From the IMG/VR virus record IMGVR_UViG_3300034061_005646, positions 1,155 to 65,154 of that record: DNA of 64,000 nucleotides. One strand, given 5' to 3'. Every line of letters starts with the position of its first letter. Within the stretch, counting starts at the first letter, position 1. Of this stretch, positions 57,430-64,000 are shown one piece after another. Below the pieces are notes generated by a model that was not told where the DNA came from, did not search any database, and saw nothing but the letters and a program-made list of their open reading frames with translations. Source of the stretch: a virus (taxonomy: Duplodnaviria; Caudoviricetes). A program made the position numbers and the translations under genes.

Positions 57430-57913
57430 ATTCAAAAACTACGACATCTTGCCTAAAGATGCTAAACCTGAAGATGAGCCCATTTTTAGGCTCTGTAACA
57501 ACAAGAAAAAATCTTTGCTTATTCCCGAAGAGAGAGCATTAATATCATTGTTGAATGCTTTTAGCGAATGGGAGCTTAGGGTTAACACTGTCGATTGGAC
57601 TTATCGTGTATTTCCGCTTATAACAAAAGCTGAGAAAATCAGAACCATAAATGATAAAAAGCTAATTGATAAACCAACCGGATCGTGGATTACTTTTGAA
57701 ATTCTTAATTACTTGCAGATACTTCATGAAATGAAGTTCAACTACCTAACAAGCAAAAATCCAATTGCTCAGAATTTCAAAGAAATATATTTCCTTCAGC
57801 AAAATTTGAAAGGAGATTATGACATTATCATGTCTACAAAAGAACATAAGAGCTGGCCAAAAGATTTTGCTTTCGCATTGATCGAGCATTTGATACCAAA
57901 AGACAAAGCATAA
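57410..57913 (+). CDS. Hypothetical protein
   Basis: 167-aa ORF. Confidence 0.65.
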   Translation: MEDYKIKFKNYDILPKDAKPEDEPIFRLCNNKKKSLLIPEERALISLLNAFSEWELRVNTVDWTYRVFPLITKAEKIRTINDKKLIDKPTGSWITFEILNYLQILHEMKFNYLTSKNPIAQNFKEIYFLQQNLKGDYDIIMSTKEHKSWPKDFAFALIEHLIPKDKA

Positions 57914-57940
57914 AAAAAGGGGAGCAAACGCTCCCCTTTC
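57912..57940. terminator. Bidirectional terminator between convergent genes
   Basis: A-run, GGGGAGC-AAAC-GCTCCCC, then TTT. Confidence 0.8.
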
Positions 57941-57961
57941 TGTTTAAAAGGTTACTATCAA

Positions 57962-59125
57962 TTAAGCATTGATGTCAGATAACATGTTTGGTACTGCAAA
58001 CAAAGTGTCAAAAGCAACATCACTTCCCCAATCACCAAAGGTAGCAGTTCCATTTGTTGTTAATGGAATAGGATTACCACCAGCTGTTAAAGAAATTTGA
58101 AATGTAGTTGCTGTACGATTTACAACAAAATACGGAGTAAATGTCGAAAACCCTGTTGTAGTAGCAATTGCAGAAAAGACAACAACTTCACCATTTTTTG
58201 GTGTGTTTGCCGCAACAGACGGAGTAATAGTGTCACCAGTATCCTGAGTTGTTGCAGCAAATCCAGGAAAATGAACAAAAGCTGTTGCATCAACAGCAAA
58301 CAACGCATTAATTTTTGTATAAAATACAGACTTGTTTGTTGCATCAGTTTTTACCAAAATCATGTACTCGAAAGGCTCTTGTCCGGCAAAACCAAATGGA
58401 GATGTTACAGAACGCTTATTGAAAAGAATTTCAATTACATCATAATTAGCAGCAGAATCAATTGTTCCAGTGTTTATCAAAACAAAATCTTTCATTGCTT
58501 TCTCTTCTGCACTTGCACCATTTACATACTCCAATACTTCTTTTCCGGTATAACCAACTTGTGCTATAGGAGCAGTTTTTACAAAAGTCGTAGTACTGTT
58601 AACAACACCAGTTAAATGCAATGTTGTAAGTGAAGGCTGTTTCGCTAATGGAGTAATTTTGAAGTTTTCTGTAATTTTAACAGTCCATGTACCTGAAGCA
58701 CCTTCTTTAGTAGCTGTAAAATACTTATTACCAGCAAAAGCAGCAACAATACGATCACACAATGTTTCTGTGCTAATGAATTCGTTTTTTCCAACACTAA
58801 CAAAAATACCACTAAACTGACGTTCAGCTTGTGGAGCATCAGCAGGAAAACCTTGAATGTTAAAACGCAAGCTAATGTCAGTAATGTTTGTTAAATCAAC
58901 ACCAGTGTGTGGATCAAAGGTGTAAAAACCTGCAACAGCAGCAGAAAAAATCTGCGGCCCAGAATAACGATGAATGTTTTTAAAAGCAAATTCCGGCAAA
59001 CCGGCTACTTTTACCAAACCCTGATTTTTGGAACCTTTGGTTCCGATAAGAACGTCTGTGATCAGGTCACCTGTCGATGCAAATGCATTGGATAGGACAG
59101 AGACGCCTCTTGTTTGTAAATACAT
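57962..59125 (-). CDS. Putative virion structural protein (auxiliary capsid/decoration-like)
   Basis: 387 aa, Thr/Ala/Gly/Phe rich; C-terminal NGEVVVF...YFVV....TTFQIS.T.GG..I module found in phage structural proteins; stand-alone minus-strand unit. Confidence 0.5.
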   Translation of the reverse strand: MYLQTRGVSVLSNAFASTGDLITDVLIGTKGSKNQGLVKVAGLPEFAFKNIHRYSGPQIFSAAVAGFYTFDPHTGVDLTNITDISLRFNIQGFPADAPQAERQFSGIFVSVGKNEFISTETLCDRIVAAFAGNKYFTATKEGASGTWTVKITENFKITPLAKQPSLTTLHLTGVVNSTTTFVKTAPIAQVGYTGKEVLEYVNGASAEEKAMKDFVLINTGTIDSAANYDVIEILFNKRSVTSPFGFAGQEPFEYMILVKTDATNKSVFYTKINALFAVDATAFVHFPGFAATTQDTGDTITPSVAANTPKNGEVVVFSAIATTTGFSTFTPYFVVNRTATTFQISLTAGGNPIPLTTNGTATFGDWGSDVAFDTLFAVPNMLSDINA

Positions 59126-59151
59126 AGTTTTTATTTATTAAAATTGAAATT

Positions 59152-59159
59152 CAAAGATA
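59152..59159 (-). promoter_or_regulatory. Bacteroidota -7 promoter box
   Basis: TATCTTTG 26 nt upstream of ATG 59125. Confidence 0.5.
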
Positions 59160-59165
59160 GCAGAT

Positions 59166-59462
59166 ATGCAAAAGAAAAAATTCTTTAAAAGAACGCTAAT
59201 TAATAACATCTTTTTGGCAGCGTTTGATTTATGGATAAAAGGGTATCCGGTAAGGGTAGGTGAGCTCACTTTTAAAACACAGCGAAAGCAAGTGCTTTTC
59301 ATAAAAAAAAGCAAAAAAAAGTTTAAAAAGCCATACTATGTTATTAATTTTACCCCCCAAGATATTTTTCTGACAGAGAAAAAAGAAGTCAGAAGAATCT
59401 ATAAATTATACAACCTGAATAAGAGACAAATAGAAGCTTTAACTGCGGTTATCCACAAATAG
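59166..59462 (+). CDS. Lys-rich hypothetical protein
   Basis: 98-aa ORF. Confidence 0.5.
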   Translation: MQKKKFFKRTLINNIFLAAFDLWIKGYPVRVGELTFKTQRKQVLFIKKSKKKFKKPYYVINFTPQDIFLTEKKEVRRIYKLYNLNKRQIEALTAVIHK

Positions 59463-59480
59463 AAAACAACAATCAACTTT

Positions 59481-60740
59481 ATGAAAGTTAAACAAATCAA
59501 AATCCACAACTACAAAAACCTCAAATCGGTAGAAGCCGATGTCGAAGGTGCCTCGGTTTACATTACCGGAAAAAACGGACAAGGCAAGTCCTCATTTATT
59601 CAAGCTGTATTTGCGACTCTGGGCGCTGTAGATGCCCCTGTAAAAGCAATTATGGAAGGAGAGAACAAAGCAACAGTACAAATCATCATAGGTGATGAAA
59701 AACGTGATGTTATTGTTGAGCGCATTTACACAGAGCTTAATCCCAAAGGAAAGCTTATTGTACGCTCACCTGATGGTGCAAACTATGCAAGTCCGGCAAA
59801 GTTTCTTGAAGAACTGTTAGGTGCATCTGTATTTGATATGGAGAAGTTTCTCCTATTGAAGAACGAAAAGGAAATGATCGCTTTTCTAAAAGATTTTCTA
59901 AAACTCGATACAACAGAAATTGATGCTAAGTACAAAGAGGCTTATGATAACCGTACAAGCGTAAATCGTGTACTGAAAGAGAAAACAGAGCAGCTTAAAG
60001 GTTATGAAGGTGTAGAAGATGTTGAAGTACCATCAGCAGCAGAATTGCAGCAACAGGCAGACAAAATCAATGAAATGAAATTAAGCCTAACTACCATGCA
60101 AATGCGTATTCAAAAAGGTAATGATTTAATTGCAGCCTCAAACAATTCTATATTAGATATGGAAGCACAGCTTGAAGAACTGCAACGCAAGCTTGAAGCA
60201 GAAAGAATAAGAAACAAAGAATTGAAAGAGACAATGGAGCTTGTTGTTATATCTGAAATAGAATTGCTTAAAACAATAGACAAAACACCAGATCCAAGCA
60301 AACAGCTTGAAAACATAGCTTACCTTACCAAAGAAAAAGCTCGCTATGAAGAAAAGGTAAGGCTTGAAGAAGAACTAAGCCTTGTTGAAAGAACAGCTAT
60401 TGATGTTGATGCCAAAGTAAAACAAATCCAAACAGAACGTGAGGAAATGTTCCAAAACAAAGGCGTTGCCGGTATAAGTATTACTGAAGATGGAATAACC
60501 TACAAAGGTTTACCATTAAGACGTGAGCAAATCAATACTGCAGAACTTGCCAAACTTGCCGTTGAAATTATGTTGGCTGTTAAACCTAAACTTAAAGCAG
60601 TTAAGTTTGATGCTTCATCAATGGATAACGAAACCAAAGATGAAATCTTATCAAAAATAGAAGCAGAAGGCTACCAATGCTTTATTGAAGAAGTAGATAA
60701 AGAAGGTGGTGAACTTAAAATAGAAATAATCGAACAATAA
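59481..60740 (+). CDS. SMC/Rad50-like ATPase with coiled coil
   Basis: I.NYKNL, Walker A GKNGQGKSS, long coiled coil, degenerate signature and Walker B (INTAE...KFDASSMD). Confidence 0.8.
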   Translation: MKVKQIKIHNYKNLKSVEADVEGASVYITGKNGQGKSSFIQAVFATLGAVDAPVKAIMEGENKATVQIIIGDEKRDVIVERIYTELNPKGKLIVRSPDGANYASPAKFLEELLGASVFDMEKFLLLKNEKEMIAFLKDFLKLDTTEIDAKYKEAYDNRTSVNRVLKEKTEQLKGYEGVEDVEVPSAAELQQQADKINEMKLSLTTMQMRIQKGNDLIAASNNSILDMEAQLEELQRKLEAERIRNKELKETMELVVISEIELLKTIDKTPDPSKQLENIAYLTKEKARYEEKVRLEEELSLVERTAIDVDAKVKQIQTEREEMFQNKGVAGISITEDGITYKGLPLRREQINTAELAKLAVEIMLAVKPKLKAVKFDASSMDNETKDEILSKIEAEGYQCFIEEVDKEGGELKIEIIEQ

Positions 60741-61573
60741 TGATTGAACTTACAGTAACCAACAAAGACGGTTTAGTTATACCTAAACTAAGGTATTCTT
60801 ACGTGAAGAATTACAGCACTTGCCCAAAAATGTACTTGTTGTCAACAACCAAGCCTCAATTGGTTACTCCGCAAGCTCAAAACAACATGTCCCGGGGAAA
60901 CTTATTTGAGTTTTTTGTTACCGGAGCAACATCTGATCCTAGAGATATAAACAAGGTCATTAAAGACAACAAAGGTCGTTTTGACGGAATGCAGAAAAAA
61001 ACAGTTGAAAAAATAAAGGCAATGGCTATAGTCACTAAAAGACATATCCTTGAAACTTATGAAGCTCAACTTGTATTGCATTACGATAAAGATCCTCGAT
61101 ACATATTCGAATCAAATATTGACCTTGTTTCTCTTGTTCAGTTTGATCAACTTAACAACGGACAACCATTTGCTGCCATAGTTGATTTAAAATATACAGC
61201 ATCAATAGAAGAGGTTTGGAATAACAAATCAACCAAAGAAGATTTTCTTCAATCTATCATTTACGTTTGGCAGGTCTATGAGGCCACAGGCAAAATGCTA
61301 CCATTTGTATACATCGTATCACAGATAATGCATGATGAAGTCCTAATTAAGCCATTTCTGATAAATGTAACCAAAGAAGACTTTGCTTGGTTTAAAGAAA
61401 CCTACATAGAAAGAATATTAAGCGATAAGCTGTTTATTCCCAAAGCAACCCCAACAAATTGCCTTGGTTTTAGAAGCACAAAAGGTAAGTGCAGGTATCT
61501 GAATCATTGTGAGGATGGGAAAAGGTTAATTACATCAGCACAGAATTTTGATTTTAAAGACTTAGAAAAATAA
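60740..61573 (+). CDS. PD-(D/E)xK exonuclease, Cas4/AddB-like
   Basis: YS....Y..CPK, IDL, IVDLK, Q...Y, C-terminal C...CRY..HC cluster. Confidence 0.75.
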   Translation: MIELTVTNKDGLVIPKLRYSYVKNYSTCPKMYLLSTTKPQLVTPQAQNNMSRGNLFEFFVTGATSDPRDINKVIKDNKGRFDGMQKKTVEKIKAMAIVTKRHILETYEAQLVLHYDKDPRYIFESNIDLVSLVQFDQLNNGQPFAAIVDLKYTASIEEVWNNKSTKEDFLQSIIYVWQVYEATGKMLPFVYIVSQIMHDEVLIKPFLINVTKEDFAWFKETYIERILSDKLFIPKATPTNCLGFRSTKGKCRYLNHCEDGKRLITSAQNFDFKDLEK

Positions 61574-63093
61574 TGTCAGAAACAAACAAAGCCCTATTTG
61601 GGAGAAAGAAGATTGATTTAGATCAATTAGCACAAAACGAACTTGATAACGCCTTTATGGAATATCAAGTGTTTATTGCTGCAAAATCAAAAATAGAAGC
61701 CATAGTTATATCAACAATGCTCAACAATAGCAATACTGCTGAGTATGTAATGAGAAACATAAGAGAGGATGATTTTACAAACCCAGACAATGTCAAAGCA
61801 TACAATGTCATAAAAAGCATGTATAAAAAAGGATTGAACATTGATCCAGAATTCTTTGTTATAGAAGCAAATAACCATGGATTAGAACTTACCTGTCCTG
61901 TTGTAACATATATTTTAAACACACCGACTTCGGATAGAATGCTAAATGCTTCTAAACTAGGCAAGCTTTGTTTAATCTTAAAAGAGCACTCTATGGAGCA
62001 AAAGGCAAAAATGTTGTTTATGAAAACATTTGCCATGTCTTCTCAGAAAAGCGATAACCAAGACTTCTTTATATGGATGGATGGGTTAAGAAAGGACCTT
62101 GATGAAATAATGAACATCAAAGGATCTACTATCACTGACACAAGAGAAAGAGCTATGGAAGTCGTTGAGATAGAAAAAAACAACAAAGCATTAGGAAAGA
62201 TATCAAATGTTACCACCGGGTATAAAACATTGGATTATAATACCGGAGGGTTTCAAAATTCAGATTTGATACTAGTTGCTGGAAGACCTGGAATGGGCAA
62301 GACAGCTTTGTTAGTTTCCATAATCAACAAATACATGTTTACGTGTGATACGCCTTTTGGTTTGTTTTCATTAGAGATGTCTTTTGCTCAATTGATTAAG
62401 CGATTATTTGCCCAACGAAATAAAATCAATTTGAACAAGATTACAGCAGGAAAAATGAACAATGATAACATTGCTGAATTTGAAGACTTTGCTGCTAATT
62501 TACCGGCACATGGATATATTATAGACGACATCTACGATATAACAAATGTTGAAATTACTTCAGAGATACTTGTTCATAAGCATGGGGTAAAAGCAATTCT
62601 TATTGATTATTTACAGCTTATTATAGGTGGTCAAGGAGAAAACAAGACAAATCAGGTAGGAGATATTTCCAGAAGGCTTAAAATGTTAGCCAAAAAGCTT
62701 GATGTTCCGGTAATAGCGCTTTCTCAACTTTCGCGTGTAACGAAACAATCCGGTAATCAAAAGGGGAAACCAAAGTTAGAAGACTTTATACCTGATCTTG
62801 AAGATTTGAGAGACTCCGGATCATTAGAACAAGATGCTGATATGGTAATGTTTCTATTTAGGCCAGACTACTACAAAGAAAAAGTATCTGACTATTCAGA
62901 AGAAATGAGCAGAATCATTAGCGTTATTGTTAAAAAGTTTCGTAGCGGCTCTCCATTTAGGCAAAATCTTGGTTGGGATGAAACGTATGCTGAGTTTTTA
63001 GAAAACGAAAACAAACTAAAAGAAATAGAAACAAAAGAACAAGACAATGAATTTACAAGAACAACTGAACCACGTTCAGAGTCTCCTTTCTAA
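61573..63093 (+). CDS. dnaB: Replicative DNA helicase DnaB
   Basis: GRPGMGKT, FSLEMS, IDYLQL, LSQLSR, DLRDSGSLEQDADMVMFLFR, K.R.G. Confidence 0.95.
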   Translation: MSETNKALFGRKKIDLDQLAQNELDNAFMEYQVFIAAKSKIEAIVISTMLNNSNTAEYVMRNIREDDFTNPDNVKAYNVIKSMYKKGLNIDPEFFVIEANNHGLELTCPVVTYILNTPTSDRMLNASKLGKLCLILKEHSMEQKAKMLFMKTFAMSSQKSDNQDFFIWMDGLRKDLDEIMNIKGSTITDTRERAMEVVEIEKNNKALGKISNVTTGYKTLDYNTGGFQNSDLILVAGRPGMGKTALLVSIINKYMFTCDTPFGLFSLEMSFAQLIKRLFAQRNKINLNKITAGKMNNDNIAEFEDFAANLPAHGYIIDDIYDITNVEITSEILVHKHGVKAILIDYLQLIIGGQGENKTNQVGDISRRLKMLAKKLDVPVIALSQLSRVTKQSGNQKGKPKLEDFIPDLEDLRDSGSLEQDADMVMFLFRPDYYKEKVSDYSEEMSRIISVIVKKFRSGSPFRQNLGWDETYAEFLENENKLKEIETKEQDNEFTRTTEPRSESPF

Positions 63094-63304
63094 TGAGGAA
63101 TTTTATGCATTTCATGATGCAAAAATTATTAGGGTTGAACCAAAAAAAATATCAACCTTAACATTAAGCAATAATCAATTTGCTAATGCTGGTTTATATG
63201 TCTCGGGTGTAGGAGCGCAAGTATTACTATCACATACAGCACCAACAAAAGAAGCGTTAATTAAAAAAATCGTAGATTCTTTTGAAGAAGATAAACCGTT
63301 TTAA
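63047..63304 (+). CDS. Hypothetical protein
   Basis: 85 aa ending in EEDKPF. Confidence 0.55.
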   Translation: MNLQEQLNHVQSLLSNEEFYAFHDAKIIRVEPKKISTLTLSNNQFANAGLYVSGVGAQVLLSHTAPTKEALIKKIVDSFEEDKPF

Positions 63305-63342
63305 TATAATTGTAACAAAATAATAGATATAATTGATAATTT

Positions 63343-63927
63343 ATGAGTAACAAAGTAAGCGTATTCGTTCAAGAAGTTAAACATGGTGTCCGCACGTTTA
63401 ATAACAAAAACACCGGACAATTGAATTATGTACATGAAATAACAGTAAGGTTTCCAGAAGGAAACTATGAAACTGGTCAGTACATTTCAACACAGGCTCA
63501 ATCAACAAAAATTGTAGCTAATCCTAACGTAGCAGTAACGCTGCAAAGAGATGTAAAGGTTAACGGCCAATACACAAACATCACCTATAAACCGGATGAT
63601 GAAGGGCAAAGTGGGAAAAAGTGGGGAGGAAGTGGAGGAGGAAGCTATGCACCTAAAGTTGACAAGCCAACCATAATCCTTCAGTCAAGAGTTGCTTTAG
63701 CTGGTGCAGCTTTTGCAAATGGTGGCCAAGCATCCTTTGCCAACAACTATGCATTTCTGTGTGAGCAGACAGGGTTAAACAAGTATGTAGAAAACTACAA
63801 AAAAGAGCTTGCTACTCCTGCACCAGCACCAACGCCAGCACCGGCACCAATGCAAGTTGAAACACCACCAGCTCCAATCGCTACGCAAATAAATAACATT
63901 GCGGTAGATGATGATTTACCGTTTTAA
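63343..63927 (+). CDS. Probable single-stranded DNA-binding protein
   Basis: Beta-rich N-terminus, Gly-rich and Pro/Ala-rich linkers, DDDLPF terminus; next to dnaB. Confidence 0.6.
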   Translation: MSNKVSVFVQEVKHGVRTFNNKNTGQLNYVHEITVRFPEGNYETGQYISTQAQSTKIVANPNVAVTLQRDVKVNGQYTNITYKPDDEGQSGKKWGGSGGGSYAPKVDKPTIILQSRVALAGAAFANGGQASFANNYAFLCEQTGLNKYVENYKKELATPAPAPTPAPAPMQVETPPAPIATQINNIAVDDDLPF

Positions 63928-63937
63928 TAGAACAATA

Positions 63938-63963
63938 GGGGGCGCATAAGCGCTCCCTTTTTT
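63938..63963 (+). terminator. Intrinsic terminator
   Basis: GGGGGCGC-ATAA-GCGCTCCC followed by TTTTTT. Confidence 0.8.
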
Positions 63964-64000
63964 ATGGATAAAAAAAATAATATTTTAAAAATAGATACAG

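Noticed and set aside
60740-61573. CRISPR-Cas locus suggested by the Cas4-like gene
   Set aside because: No cas1/cas2 or array; solo Cas4-like nucleases are common in phage replication modules.
63815-63850. GCACCA tandem repeat
   Set aside because: It encodes the Pro-Ala linker of the SSB-like protein.
1-64000. Stop-codon reassignment, as in some crAss-like phages
   Set aside because: Code 11 gives dense, full-length genes including a 5135-aa ORF; TAA, TAG and TGA all end plausible genes; no suppressor tRNA was seen.

Overview
This window is a 64 kb piece of a tailed dsDNA phage with crAss-like (Crassvirales-type) gene content. The host is probably a Bacteroidota member, inferred from TTTG-N19-21-TAnnTTTG promoters and A-rich start contexts. 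The standard genetic code fits. Bases 1-39907 (minus strand) are the virion module: terminase, portal, scaffold-like protein, major capsid protein, ring/adaptor proteins, HU/IHF-like protein, muzzle/tail-stabilisation protein, ejection proteins, a 5135-aa virion RNA polymerase/zincin polyprotein, then tail fibres. A TCG-rich divergent junction at about 39.9-40.1 kb, possibly the physical genome end, precedes a plus-strand early region of many small genes. These include an adenine MTase-DUF4942, RadC/JAB, PRTase-like, DUF3268 and an oppositely oriented XRE regulator. A recombination/replication block follows (SMC-like ATPase, Cas4-like nuclease, DnaB, SSB). The most unusual signals are: (1) an integron-like array of attC-type sites and gene cassettes at 47.76-48.41 kb whose start codons lie inside the preceding site; (2) a promoter-driven, highly base-paired non-coding RNA of about 270 nt at 46.18-46.45 kb; (3) a 50-nt tRNA-like acceptor/T-arm element and a second structured RNA near 40.3-40.6 kb. 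All family assignments come from motifs read by eye, with no database search.
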